From the NCBI GenBank assembly GCA_965248195.1, contig CBDFIQ010000002.1, positions 2,336,001 to 2,400,000 of the forward strand: a stretch of DNA of 64,000 nucleotides. Direction: 5' to 3'. This DNA comes from Longimicrobiales bacterium. Its GTDB lineage: Bacteria > Gemmatimonadota > Gemmatimonadetes > Longimicrobiales > Gaopeijiaceae. Numbering within the stretch: the stretch's first letter is position 1; every line of letters begins with the position of its first letter. Under the pieces are notes generated by a model. That model saw only the letters and a list, made by a program, of their open reading frames with translations, did no database searches and was not told the DNA's origin. The position numbers were made by a program, and so were the translations under genes. Positions 11,192 to 22,006 of this stretch are shown here, piece after piece.

Positions 11192-11249
11192 GAGGACCGA
11201 GCCCCTGTTCCCGGATCCAGAGATCGTCGCTGAGCCGTACTCGCGCCGA

Positions 11250-13703
11250 TCACTCCGCCCGCAGCGCCTCCACCGGCTGAACGCTGGAAGCCCGTACGGC
11301 AGGCAGCCAGGCGGCGGTCAGGCCGACCGCGCCCATCAAGAGGGCCACTAGGCCGAGGGTGACCGGGTCGTTGGGGGCGACACCGTAGAGCAGGCTCTCG
11401 AGAAGACGAGAGGCGAGCACCGACCCTAGCGCACCGAGCACGAGACCGATCAGGAGAAGCGCCGCGCCCTCGAGCACGATCATTCGTCGTACCTGCCCGG
11501 CCCGCACGCCCAAACTCATGCGCACCCCAATTTCGTTGGTGCGCTGGCTGACAGAGAATGCCAGAACCCCTGCGAGACCGACCGCTGCGATGAGCAACGC
11601 GACGATGCCGAAGCCCGAAACGAGCAGGGCGTTGATGCGCTGTGAAGCGACTGATTCGTCCCGAAGCTCCGCCAGGGTGCCGACCTTACCGATCGGCACG
11701 GTCGGGTCCACGTCGCGAACGATCCGCGTGGCTGGAACGAGGAGCGCACGGGGATCGGACGCGGTGCGCACAACAAGCGAGCCTGCGAAAACCTCCTCCT
11801 GATCGAACGGTTGATAGAGCGCCGGGGTCGGCTCCTGGTCGAGCGCCGCTGAGCGCGTGTCGCCTACAACGCCGACGATGGTCCGCCAGTCGCCCGATAC
11901 GGGAATGAAGGCCAGCACTTCGTCGGTCCATGCGACCCTCCGGCCCAGGGGGTCGGAATCCCCGAACAGGCGCTCCGCGAGCGACTCGTTCAGAATGGCG
12001 ACGAGCGGATCTTCCCTGGAGTCCGTCGATTGGAACTCTCGTCCGGCCAGCAGCTCGATCCCCGTGGCGCGGAAGTATTCCGGTGTGGCTGTCCGGTGTT
12101 CCGCCCGCGGAGTGGGGAGGTCTGGGTCGAGCGCAACGCCCTCGGCGCCGATCTCGAGTTGGATGAACCCATCGTCCCGGACAGGGACCGTGGAACCGAC
12201 ACCCGCGTCGAGAACGCCCGGGAGGGAAGCCATGTCCGATCGCATTCGCTCGTAGGCGTCCTTGACTTCGTCCGTCGTTCTGCCCGTCCCGGCGACCGGC
12301 ACCTCAACGGTCAGCACACCTTCGAGGTCGGCGCCGACGTCGACCTCGTAAAGGTTCAGCAGCGTGCGAACGAGCAGGCCGGCGCCCGTTAGTAGCGTAA
12401 CGGACAGGGCGACCTGCGCGACGACGAGCCCGCGCTGCATGCGCCGGTACCGACGTCCGCCGGTCGTCCGCTTCCCTCCTGACGCCAGGGATGCGCCGGG
12501 CCTTGACGATGCGCCCGGCAGCCTGGGCGCCCATCCAAGCCCCAGAGCGACGATGAGCGCGACACCCGCCGTGAAGCCGAGCACCGCCCCATCCAGAGCA
12601 ACCTCGCTCGCGCGGGGCGTGAAGCGCGCCGCGAACGTGGTGAGCAGGTCGATCCCCGCCATGGCCACGAGCACCCCGATGAGCGACCCGAGGGCCGCGA
12701 TGAGCACGCTCTCCGAAAGAAGCTGGCCTCGGAGCCGCCAAGCGGACGCGCCAAGGGCTGCTCGAACGACCAACTCGCGTTCGCGGCGTACGGATCGGGT
12801 CAGTACGAGGTTTGCGACGCTCGCGCACGCGATCAGCAGCACGAAGAACGCCGTGACCCAAAGAAGGTAGATCGTGCCTGTTGCGTCTTGGGTGAGAACC
12901 TCGGCGAGCGGGTACACGTGCACCTGATACCCGGCCGCCACCTCGTAGGCCTCCGGGTACGCGTCGTGGATGCGGATGCTGATCCCGTCGACCTCCGTCT
13001 GTGCCTGCTCGACGCTAGCGCCCGGCCCCAACCGGGCGAAGATTTGCGTCATCCGGTGCGAGCGACCGTGGACCATCGTCGCGCTCAGGTGGTGCGGGCT
13101 CGTCACCATGTTCACGAGCACGTCGGTGCGCTCCGGGTAGTGCGGCGCTTGCTGGACGACGCCGACGATCGTCGCGGCCATGGCGCCCAGATCGACCGTT
13201 TCGCCCACGACGCTCGGATCGCCTCCGAAGAAGCCCATCCAGTAGTCGTACGTCAGCACCACGACGGCCGCAGCCGCCTCTCCATCATCTCCAGAGTCTA
13301 GGACGCGGCCGATCTCGGGGCCGAGTCCCATGACTCCGAAGAAGTTGCCCGTGATGATTCCGGCCAGGATCTGCTGCGGCTCCCCACGAGCGGTAAGGTT
13401 GAAGCTCCCCGAGGAGAACTCTGCGATCCCAGTGAGGGCACCCGCCGACCGATAGTCGATGATCTCCGGAACCGAAAACAGCGCGTTCTCGATGCCCGCC
13501 CGCTCCGCCGAGTGCCTCAGGTAGACGAGGCGCTCGCCGTCGGCATGCGGCAGGGGACGGAGCAGCACGCCCCGCACGACGCTGAAGACCGCAGTGTTCG
13601 CGCCGATCCCGAGCGCCAGTGTGAGGATCGCGGCTGCCGCGAAGAAAGGGGCCCTCAGCAGTCCTCGAGCAGCGAGGCGCAGTTCCCGATAGAGCGACTC
13701 CAT
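11250..13703 (-). CDS. MacB/FtsX-type duplicated ABC permease (ADOP-like)
   Basis: ILTLALGIGANTAVFSVV, LLIACASVANL, QRTNEIGVRMSLG, PAVRASSVQPVEALRAE. Confidence 0.92.
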   Translation of the reverse strand: MESLYRELRLAARGLLRAPFFAAAAILTLALGIGANTAVFSVVRGVLLRPLPHADGERLVYLRHSAERAGIENALFSVPEIIDYRSAGALTGIAEFSSGSFNLTARGEPQQILAGIITGNFFGVMGLGPEIGRVLDSGDDGEAAAAVVVLTYDYWMGFFGGDPSVVGETVDLGAMAATIVGVVQQAPHYPERTDVLVNMVTSPHHLSATMVHGRSHRMTQIFARLGPGASVEQAQTEVDGISIRIHDAYPEAYEVAAGYQVHVYPLAEVLTQDATGTIYLLWVTAFFVLLIACASVANLVLTRSVRRERELVVRAALGASAWRLRGQLLSESVLIAALGSLIGVLVAMAGIDLLTTFAARFTPRASEVALDGAVLGFTAGVALIVALGLGWAPRLPGASSRPGASLASGGKRTTGGRRYRRMQRGLVVAQVALSVTLLTGAGLLVRTLLNLYEVDVGADLEGVLTVEVPVAGTGRTTDEVKDAYERMRSDMASLPGVLDAGVGSTVPVRDDGFIQLEIGAEGVALDPDLPTPRAEHRTATPEYFRATGIELLAGREFQSTDSREDPLVAILNESLAERLFGDSDPLGRRVAWTDEVLAFIPVSGDWRTIVGVVGDTRSAALDQEPTPALYQPFDQEEVFAGSLVVRTASDPRALLVPATRIVRDVDPTVPIGKVGTLAELRDESVASQRINALLVSGFGIVALLIAAVGLAGVLAFSVSQRTNEIGVRMSLGVRAGQVRRMIVLEGAALLLIGLVLGALGSVLASRLLESLLYGVAPNDPVTLGLVALLMGAVGLTAAWLPAVRASSVQPVEALRAE

Positions 13704-13712
13704 CCTCCCCCT

Positions 13713-15044
13713 TTACACGCCAGACAAGAGGGGCAAATACCCCGTGCTGTCGCCAAACGTCTCCACGTTCACCCCGAACTTCTCCAGGAGGCTCAATGAG
13801 AGGTTCGCCAGAGGAGTGCCCTGCGGATACACGAGGTGGCGATTCCCCTCGAGCCCGTTCTCAGGCCCGCCGATGACGACGACCGGCACGTTGTAGTTGT
13901 TGTGCGTGTTGCCGTCGCTCATGCCGCTGCCGTAGAGGACCACCGTGTTGTCCAGTAGCGTCCCGTCACCGTCGGAAATCGACTGCAGCTTGTCCAGGTA
14001 GTACGCGAGGGTCTCCACGTGATAGGTGTTCAGCCTCGTGAAGTCCTTCATCTTGTCCGGATCATTGCCGTGGTGCGACATCGAGTGGTGCACCTCGGGC
14101 AGTCCGATCTCGGTGTACGAACGATTGATGTTTTCTCGCGCCATCATGAACGACGTGACGCGCGTGACATCTGCTTGGAACGCGAGCACCTGCAAGTCGA
14201 GCATCAGCTCGGCGTATTCCTTGAAGGTCTCGGGCACGCCGACCGGACGATCCGGGACCTCGAGATCGACGTTGGACGACTCCGACGCAGCGATGCGCTG
14301 TTCCACGTCGCGAATCGCACCGAGATACTCACCGAGCTTGGCACGGTCCTGCCCGCCTAATGTGCTCGAGAGCGTCGAGATCTCGCGGATCAGGCCGTCG
14401 AGAATGCTGCGGTCTTCCTGGACTCGAGCCAGCCGCTCTTCGGCGGTGTCGCCGCCGCCGAACAGTCGCTCGAACACGAAGCGCGGATTCGTCTCCGCCG
14501 GCAGCGGCATCGTCGGCGTCTTCCACGACATCGAGTTCATGTAAGCGCAAGCGTAGCCGTGGTCGCAGGCACCGACGACGTCGTTGCGATCTACGGAGAC
14601 TTCCAGTGACGAGAGCCTCGAGTCGCGGCTGATGCGCTCAGCGATGATCTGATCGACCGTCGTGCCGGCTCGCACATCCGCGCCCTCGGTCTGCTTCGGG
14701 TGCACGCAACTCATGAACGCCGGAGCGGCGCGCGGATGCTGACCACCGGAGTCGCCCTGGTCGGTCGCCGGGAAGTTATCGAGCCCGCTGAAGACGAGCG
14801 TCCGATGCCGGAACGGCTCGAGCGGTTTCAGCGTCGGCGAGAACTCGAACCCGACGCCCTCGGTGGGTGGCGTCCAGTCGAACATATTCGCGCCGTTCCC
14901 GACATAAATGGCCATGAACCGAGGCGCTCCCTTGGCTCTGGCCGACATCGCGGGCACCATCGCGTCGAGGAACGGCAACGCCAGGGTGGCGCCCATGCCG
15001 CGAATAAACGTCCGTCTGGGTAGGGCTACTTTCCTGATCCACAT
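13713..15044 (-). CDS. DUF1552 (HXXSHH) family protein with Tat-like signal
   Basis: RRTFIRGMGATLALPFLDAM, HHSMSHH, GTLLDNTVVLYGSGMSDGNTH. Confidence 0.9.
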   Translation of the reverse strand: MWIRKVALPRRTFIRGMGATLALPFLDAMVPAMSARAKGAPRFMAIYVGNGANMFDWTPPTEGVGFEFSPTLKPLEPFRHRTLVFSGLDNFPATDQGDSGGQHPRAAPAFMSCVHPKQTEGADVRAGTTVDQIIAERISRDSRLSSLEVSVDRNDVVGACDHGYACAYMNSMSWKTPTMPLPAETNPRFVFERLFGGGDTAEERLARVQEDRSILDGLIREISTLSSTLGGQDRAKLGEYLGAIRDVEQRIAASESSNVDLEVPDRPVGVPETFKEYAELMLDLQVLAFQADVTRVTSFMMARENINRSYTEIGLPEVHHSMSHHGNDPDKMKDFTRLNTYHVETLAYYLDKLQSISDGDGTLLDNTVVLYGSGMSDGNTHNNYNVPVVVIGGPENGLEGNRHLVYPQGTPLANLSLSLLEKFGVNVETFGDSTGYLPLLSGV

Positions 15045-15058
15045 TGAACGGTCTCCCT

Positions 15059-15092
15059 CATATCGAGTAATTCGGCATATCGAGTAATTCGG
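15059..15092. repeat. 17-bp tandem duplication
   Basis: CATATCGAGTAATTCGG x2 in the DUF1592-DUF1552 spacer. Confidence 0.9.
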
Positions 15093-15095
15093 CGA

Positions 15096-17522
15096 TCAGT
15101 TCGCGCGCTCCTCCGCCATCCGCATTTGAAATGGAGTGCTCGTCACGATGCCCTGGATCAGAGCGGCGAACGCATAGTTCTCATCGGCGGCCTCTCGCTT
15201 GATCTGACGCACATAGGGCGCATCGGTCGCTTCCAGCCCTCTCCCCAGGGCATACGTCAACAGCCGGTCGGTCACGGTGGTCAAGAAGGACTCCGACTGG
15301 TCCAACAACAGCTGGCGGAGCTCCGCCGGGCCGTCGAACGTCGTGCCGTCGGGAAACTCCGCCGACGCGTCGATCGGCAGGCCCGACGTATAGATCTCTC
15401 TCCATTCGCCGATCGCGTCGAAGTTCTCGAGCGCGAAGCCCAGCTGGTCCATCTGGGCATGGCAGCTCGCACAGACCGGGTCGGCCCGGTGCTCCGCCAT
15501 CTGTTCGCGTATCGGAAGCACCTTCCGCGGGTCCCTCTCGTCTTCGAGGTCGGGCACATCAGGCGGCGGGGGCGGCGGGGGCGCCCCCAAAAGGTTCTCC
15601 AGGATCCACTTGCCACGGATGACCGGCGACGTCCGATTCGGGCGCGAGGTCCCCGTCAGAATCGATCCCTGTCCCAGCAGCCCGCGACGAACGCTGTTGG
15701 CCGGGAGCACCACGCGTCTGAATCGCTCTCCGTACACGCCAGCAATGTCGTAGTGTTTGGCGAGTCGCTCATTCAGGAACGTATAGTCCGCATCCAGCAG
15801 GTCGAGCACGCTACGGTTCTCGCGGATGATGCTCTCGAAGAACATCTTCGTCTCGCGCTCGAAGGCAACGCGCAGATTGTCGTCGAAGTGGAACAGCAGC
15901 TCCGGACTCGGCCGGAACCCTTCCACGTTCCGGATGTGTAGCCACTGGCCCGCGAAGTTGTCGACCAGCGCCTGCGAGCGCGGGTCGCCGAGCATGCGCC
16001 GCACCTGCTCCTGCAGCACCGCCGGATCGTACAGCGTCCCCTGTACGGCCAGGTCCACCAGCTCGTCATCCGGAATGCTGCTCCACAGGAAGAACGAGAG
16101 GCGTGAGGCCAGCTCGAGTTCCGAGATGCGATACGGCGTTTTGGGGGCGACCGACGACGGCTGATCCTCGAACCGGAACAGAAAGTTCGGGCTGACCAGG
16201 ATACCGCGCACAGCCAGCTCGATGCCTGACTCGAAACCGCCGCTGCTAGCGCCCTCGCGATACAGGGCCAGCGGGACCTCGAGATCTGCGTCGGTCACGG
16301 GGCGCCGATAGGCACGCCGGGCGAGCGTCGAGAGGATCGTTTTCGCGCAAATCGCGGCTTCCTCAACCGCAGCCGATGCCGGAGTACAGACGAACAGCCG
16401 GCGGCGGCTTGGCGAGTCGCCGGACCAGTCAGAAGCAGCGTCAGCGTCGGGCTGAGGGCCGGTGATCGTCACCGTGGAAACCACTGGCTCGCCGTTGGCG
16501 GCTCGATAGGGCGTCCGACGCAGGTCCGGGTCGAACAGATCTTCGGCGTAGGCCGAGGTCTTGGCAGCGAAGTACACTTGCACCAGGTGTGAGCCGGCCT
16601 TCACCGGGGCGTAGAACCGCATGCTCTCCAGGATCCTCTCGATCCGCTCGTCTCCAAGCAGCCCCTCCGGTCTCTGCACCGTCCCCGACCAGACCCTGCG
16701 GCCGTCGATGCTCACGTCGAGCTGGTGTGGCTCATCGGTCACGCCCTCGAATCCCCCGTCGGCGCCACTCTCCTTCGGCCGCATTTCGAAGAGGTACTCG
16801 CCATCCGCCGGAAAGTAGTAGCGGAAGGCCGTTCCGCCGCGCGACCCGAACGGCATGTCGTCGTTGATGCGGGTGCCCTGGTTACGATCGGTCGGCACGA
16901 AGAAGGTCTCCGGAGCCGGCGTGCCCCGCAGCCGGGTGAGAGCCAGCTGACTGATCTTCGCGGCCGCTCCCAGATACCGCCCCGTCAGCGCCGACGACAG
17001 CGTGAGGGCATCGGCGTTGTTGTCGAACCCATACGCCGCGTTGTCGGCGGGCAGCAACGACACGTCGATGTCGACCGCGAGCAGATCGCGCACGGCGTTG
17101 CGATACTCCGAACGGTTCAGCCGATGGAGCGTGGGCCGACCGGGGTCGGGATGTTCCACCGCAGCGCGGTCTAGCTCCGCCTCGAGCCAAGTCGCAACGT
17201 CATTCGACAGAGCCTTTCCGGGCTGTGGCCGTCCGGCAGGCGGCATGGCGCCCGTACGAAGCTTGCGTACCACCTGTTCCCACACATCTGAGCGCTCGGC
17301 CACGTGCGCCATATCCAGGACGTCGAGCGCAAGGTCACCCACCATGCGGCGCTCGTTGTGGCAGCCGAAGCAGTACTCCTGGAGCACAGCGCACGGCGCG
17401 CCTTGGCCGGCAGCGGCGACAACGGCGACCTGCGCCGCCGCTCCTCTCGCCTGCACACAGAGGGCGACCGTGGCGACGACACAAGACATGCCGACACCCC
17501 GCGCCAGGCGAGGACCCGTCAT
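15096..17522 (-). CDS. DUF1592/DUF1588-type cytochrome c-like protein
   Basis: CFGCH and CASCH heme motifs, RLNRSEYRNAVRDLL, ASRLSFFLWSSIPDDEL, RTSPVIRGKWIL; ATGA overlap with ankyrin gene stop. Confidence 0.9.
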   Translation of the reverse strand: MTGPRLARGVGMSCVVATVALCVQARGAAAQVAVVAAAGQGAPCAVLQEYCFGCHNERRMVGDLALDVLDMAHVAERSDVWEQVVRKLRTGAMPPAGRPQPGKALSNDVATWLEAELDRAAVEHPDPGRPTLHRLNRSEYRNAVRDLLAVDIDVSLLPADNAAYGFDNNADALTLSSALTGRYLGAAAKISQLALTRLRGTPAPETFFVPTDRNQGTRINDDMPFGSRGGTAFRYYFPADGEYLFEMRPKESGADGGFEGVTDEPHQLDVSIDGRRVWSGTVQRPEGLLGDERIERILESMRFYAPVKAGSHLVQVYFAAKTSAYAEDLFDPDLRRTPYRAANGEPVVSTVTITGPQPDADAASDWSGDSPSRRRLFVCTPASAAVEEAAICAKTILSTLARRAYRRPVTDADLEVPLALYREGASSGGFESGIELAVRGILVSPNFLFRFEDQPSSVAPKTPYRISELELASRLSFFLWSSIPDDELVDLAVQGTLYDPAVLQEQVRRMLGDPRSQALVDNFAGQWLHIRNVEGFRPSPELLFHFDDNLRVAFERETKMFFESIIRENRSVLDLLDADYTFLNERLAKHYDIAGVYGERFRRVVLPANSVRRGLLGQGSILTGTSRPNRTSPVIRGKWILENLLGAPPPPPPPDVPDLEDERDPRKVLPIREQMAEHRADPVCASCHAQMDQLGFALENFDAIGEWREIYTSGLPIDASAEFPDGTTFDGPAELRQLLLDQSESFLTTVTDRLLTYALGRGLEATDAPYVRQIKREAADENYAFAALIQGIVTSTPFQMRMAEERAN

Positions 17523-19105
17523 CGCCGGAGGGCCTCCTCGGGGATCGCCGCCGCGCATGGAGCCGGACATGGGATGTCCTTGGCGCCCAACTTCCTCAGC
17601 AGCTCCGCCGTATGCGGCTGCGCGGCAAACGAGTTGCCGTACTCGACGCCCTCGGCAACCCTCAACGGCGTTCGCCCGTCCACTGCCACCACGTCGAGCT
17701 CTGCGCCCTTGTCGAACAGATACTGGACGACGCTGTTGGCACCGCGATACGCGGCTGCGTGCATCGCCGTTTCCCCGAGGTCGCTGACGAAGTTGACGTC
17801 GGCGCCCAGCTCTTCGACGATCAGCGTGACAGCCTCGAGCACCTCCGCTTCGCTGGCGCGCTCCTGATTCGACGCCCAGGAGATGCCCGCCGCCGCCATC
17901 AGGGGTGTGATGTCATCCATGCTGTTGATCGTCGGGTCGGCTCCATGGCGGAGCAACAGACGCATCACCTCGACATCGGCGACTTTGGCCGCAAACAGAA
18001 ACGCGGTGGCGCGGGTCATGTGACGTCGATACCGGGCGCCCGACCATCGGGGCTCCTCCATCGTGTTCTGGCCGTTGACGTCGGCCCCGTGCGCCAGCAA
18101 GGACTCGATGACGCGCAGCCGGTCGAGGTGCACGGCGATGAACTGATCGCTGATGTGCCAGTTCGCCACGTGTACAGCCGCCTGCAGCGGCCTGCCGAAG
18201 ATATTGCCCCTCGCCACGCCCTCGGACTCGCGCTCGCTGTAGCCCAGCGTCCTGAACTCGAGCGGCATCGGCTGGGCCCGCACGCCGTGGACCGTCAAAC
18301 GTGTCGACCCGCCCTCGACGTTCGGGTCGGCTCCTTCGTCGAGCAGCAGGTCGACGAGATCCTCGTGCCCGTTGATGACCGCCACGAGCAACGGGGTCGC
18401 CCCGTCGGGCCGCTCCCCGTTCACGTCGGAACCGGCCCCGAGCAAGGCGCGGACAGCGTCCATACTTCCCTTGCGCGCCGCGAACAAGAGCGCCGTCGCG
18501 CCGCTGTTGGAGCGCGCATGGATGTCGGCGCCGTGATCGATCAGCGTCTGCAAGACAGACAAGTGCCCTTCGGCCGCCGCCCACATGAGCGCCGATTGTC
18601 CGTTCCATGTTTCCGTCGCGTTGGCGTCGGCGCCAGCGCTCAGCAGTGCCGTCACCGCATCGACCTGTCCGGACCGCGCCGCGAGCATCAGCGGCGTCTC
18701 GCTGGCATTCACCGAGTGCCGCGGATCCAGCGGATCGGCACCGGAGCGCACCAACTGCTCGATGATCGCCGCATTGCCGTTCGTGGACGCTAATGCAAGC
18801 GGTGTCACGCCGTAGTTGTTCGGCGCGTTCACTTCCGCACCGGCGCGGATCAATAAAGCGGTCGTCTCCGCATCGTCCAGATATACGGCCCAGTGCAGCG
18901 CGGTCGCACCATCGCTCTGAGCCGCGTTGACATCCACCTGCTGCCTGAGCAGCGACAACATGACCGCCTCGTCGCCGCGCTGCACCGCGTCGGCGAGCGG
19001 TGCCTCTTGGCCGGCGGCTCCAAGACGGCCACCCGCAACGCAAAGGCCGGCCACGAGCAGCGCGGCCCGAAGCGACAGCCCGGACGAGCGTCGGACCCGC
19101 ATCAT
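17519..19105 (-). CDS. Secreted ankyrin-repeat protein
   Basis: Signal peptide followed by many GATALHWA/GVTPL/ETPLM ankyrin repeats. Confidence 0.92.
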   Translation of the reverse strand: MMRVRRSSGLSLRAALLVAGLCVAGGRLGAAGQEAPLADAVQRGDEAVMLSLLRQQVDVNAAQSDGATALHWAVYLDDAETTALLIRAGAEVNAPNNYGVTPLALASTNGNAAIIEQLVRSGADPLDPRHSVNASETPLMLAARSGQVDAVTALLSAGADANATETWNGQSALMWAAAEGHLSVLQTLIDHGADIHARSNSGATALLFAARKGSMDAVRALLGAGSDVNGERPDGATPLLVAVINGHEDLVDLLLDEGADPNVEGGSTRLTVHGVRAQPMPLEFRTLGYSERESEGVARGNIFGRPLQAAVHVANWHISDQFIAVHLDRLRVIESLLAHGADVNGQNTMEEPRWSGARYRRHMTRATAFLFAAKVADVEVMRLLLRHGADPTINSMDDITPLMAAAGISWASNQERASEAEVLEAVTLIVEELGADVNFVSDLGETAMHAAAYRGANSVVQYLFDKGAELDVVAVDGRTPLRVAEGVEYGNSFAAQPHTAELLRKLGAKDIPCPAPCAAAIPEEALRR

Positions 19106-19498
19106 GTATGTCCTCTTTTGTAGACCGATGCCATCCCACCTTCACCCAGCTCGCGATTCATGCGGTGCTTACCGTCGAGCGCGGCTTCATGGTGGTCGGT
19201 GCGTCCTTGGCTCATCCATGCCCCCTAATCTCGACCTCACCATTATACGCGGGCCATGCGCCATGCGCACGGGATTCAGGTCGCCTGAGTACGCTCCTCC
19301 ACCGCTCAGTACCCTTGACCTAACCAGAGTTTTGGGGCGTATCCCAGGGCGTCACGCCCCGTTTTCCGGCCCGCAATCTCACCGGGGAGAGATGGGGCGC
19401 TGGTGAACGCTGAAATCAGGGGGTTTTCACCGAATCTGCGCTCGTGGGCGCTCGCCAGCGCTGGCCGACCCGTAAAACGGCTTTCGTTTTAACTATCC

Positions 19499-21038
19499 CT
19501 AATCAGCAGGCGCCAGTCGAACGATTCGCCCGCCGGAGCCATGTTCGAGTAACAAGTAGATGTCTCCGTTATAACCCTGCTCGATATCACGAATGCGGCC
19601 AATGCTTTCGAACAGCGTTTCTCGATGAACGAGTCGATTGTTCTCAATATCGATTCGGAAAAGACTGCGTGCCTTCAAAGAGCCTACCAAAAAATCGCCT
19701 TTCCATTCGGGAAACTGTTCGCTGGTGGTGATGATGAAACTGGAAACTGCGGGTGAGGGCGTCAGGTCCACCACCGGCTGCTCGATATCGGATAATTCAA
19801 AGGCGATGCCCAGGTCCTTACCGTACTCGACCGGCGTGCCGTCGTAATCCATACCCAGAGAATACAACGGCCAACCATAGTTGCGCCCCGGTAGCAGGCG
19901 GTTCACCTCGTCCCCACCCCTAGGCCCGTGTTCGCTGCCCCATAACTCTCCGTTTACAGTATCGAATTCCAAGCCCTGAGGACTGCGATGACCATAGGTG
20001 TAAATGCTGCGATAGACATCATCGCGATCGGCGAAGGGATTGTCTTCCGGAATACTGCCATCGTCGTTGACGCGATGAATCTTGCCCCAGGGTGTGGACA
20101 GATCCTGAATGCCGCGAATGCCTTTCATTCCCACAGTGAAATAGACATGGCCGGCGTCGTCGAAGGCGACGCGGCCGCCGGCGGTCACATCGCCTCCTGC
20201 GCCGTAGTGCTCCATATCGGCTTGCCAGATGGTTTCCTGTTCAATCCATTCGCCCTCTTCAATTTTGCCCCGTACCAGCTTGTTCATGGAAACCGGGCGT
20301 CCGCTTTCCCGGCTAATGGCATTGCAATCGTCGCAGCGGTCACCGAAGTGCAGATAGATCCAGCCGTTCTCCTCGTAGTTCGGATGCAACGCGATATCGA
20401 GCAACCACCCCATGCCTCGTTCTATATCCAAGCGTGTGTCCAGACGGTAGACGTCGTCATAGGCCTGGGGCGTTCCGCGAATAAAACCCGACTGCTCACC
20501 ATCCGGGACGACGATGCGCACACCTTTCGTTTTTTCGGTCAGCAGCAGGCGCCCATCGGGCAGGGGCTCCGATGGAATAGGGGAGCGGATCCAGGTCGTC
20601 GACGAGTGTTTCCAAACGGAAATTGTGTAATTCACTCTCGATCTCGCCATCCGGGATCGAAAGTGGCATTTCAAAATTCGACGTCACGTAGTCGACGTTG
20701 GCGCGGGTTTCTAGGACGTACATGGCGATGTTGCGGATTTGCGCGGGGCTGAAGGTATCCCGCCAGGTGGGCATGCCCGATGCCTCATAGCCATTGCTGA
20801 TACTGGCGACCATATCTGCCATGGAGTCGCCGTGACGCAACTCTCCCCGCAGGGGCGTGCCCTGGGGAGCCCCCTCCAGGTTTTCGCCATGACACACTGC
20901 GCAGTTCTCCTGAAACAGCACAATAGAATTGGTGACACCGGAATAAGCCTCGGCTTGCGCGAAGGCAGCAGGCGCCTTGATCAGGGCGATTGGAATTACG
21001 ATCAAACAGAGCTTCCAATACTGGCGTGGTGTTTTCAT
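19499..21038 (-). CDS. Cytochrome c + PQQ-dependent aldose sugar dehydrogenase (GSDH) fusion, split by a one-base frameshift near 20570
   Basis: ORF 20496-21038 has a signal peptide and CAVCH; ORF 19499-20674 has GHRSPQGL, EHGPRGGDEVN, NYGWP, GRIRD; removing one G from ATCGGAGCCC restores YSIEPLPDG. Confidence 0.82.
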
Positions 21039-21433
21039 TGTTATGCCCTGTTATTAAGGTGGGCACAGACGAGGTTGCCCCAGTTTAACGGATACTTTTG
21101 TTTGGGAACATCCCCCACCCGAGTGCGGCCCAAAGTGGGGCCTACCATGTCATGTGTTGGTGTAGGCCTAGAGAGCGCCGGGAAGGAAAAAGCATGCCCC
21201 GAGCCTCTCGCCGGTCCGCATATCGATCCCGTTCTCCTTCAGAAGTCGGGGCGTGTGTCCGTCCTGCGGGGACACGGGCGATACAAAAAAAGCTACCGCT
21301 CATACTCGGGTCACCAGATATCTTTCAGTAGGACATTCACTCTGCGTCGTGGCGGTGGTGCAAGGCTGTGATGGCCACGATCCACGCCACGCTTGTTGTC
21401 TGGGTTCTAGAAAACCCGCGGGAAGACGAAGCC

Positions 21434-22006
21434 ATGGGGATCAGCGAATACGTGCTGCTCGGGTTGGTGGCCGTCACGGGCGTTTACATCGTGACGATCT
21501 ACAACAACCTTGTGCGCCTGAAGCATACGGTGACGAAGAACTGGTCGAACATCGACGTGCTGCTCAAGCAACGGCACGACGAGCTCCCCAACCTCGTCGA
21601 GACGTGTAAGGGCTACATGAAGCACGAGAGGGAGACGCTCGAGGCCGTCATGAAGGCGAGGTCGGCGGTGGCGAGCGCACGGCAGGCCGGGAACGTAGCT
21701 GCGCTGGGACCCGCCGAGGGCGCGCTCCGTATGGGCTTGGGCTCGCTGTTCGCGGTGGCCGAGGCATACCCGGACCTCAAGGCGAACGAGTCCTTCAGAC
21801 ATGTCCAGACCAGAATCTCACAGCTCGAGAACGGCATCGCGGACCGGCGGGAGCTCTACAACGCGACGGTGAACAACCTGAACGTGAGGATCGAGCAGTT
21901 TCCCGATGTCTTCGTCGCTCGCAATCTGGGCTTTCAGGCCGCGGATCTTCTCGAGTTCGAAGAGCCGGAGTTGAAGAACGTCGACATGCAGAAGCTGTTC
22001 CGCTGA
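21434..22006 (+). CDS. lemA: LemA family protein
   Basis: YNNLV, WSNIDVLLKQRHDELPNLV, AEAYPDLKAN, RRELYN. Confidence 0.95.
   Translation: MGISEYVLLGLVAVTGVYIVTIYNNLVRLKHTVTKNWSNIDVLLKQRHDELPNLVETCKGYMKHERETLEAVMKARSAVASARQAGNVAALGPAEGALRMGLGSLFAVAEAYPDLKANESFRHVQTRISQLENGIADRRELYNATVNNLNVRIEQFPDVFVARNLGFQAADLLEFEEPELKNVDMQKLFR

Noticed and set aside
17225..19145. Long alternative-frame and antisense ORFs (522 aa, 410 aa), and similar ones throughout
   Set aside because: Shadow ORFs expected in high-GC DNA; Arg/Pro/Ala-rich with no motifs
19110..19498. Possible IS end or ncRNA in a long intergenic region
   Set aside because: Only short palindromes; no partner inverted repeat, transposase fragment or recognisable RNA motif
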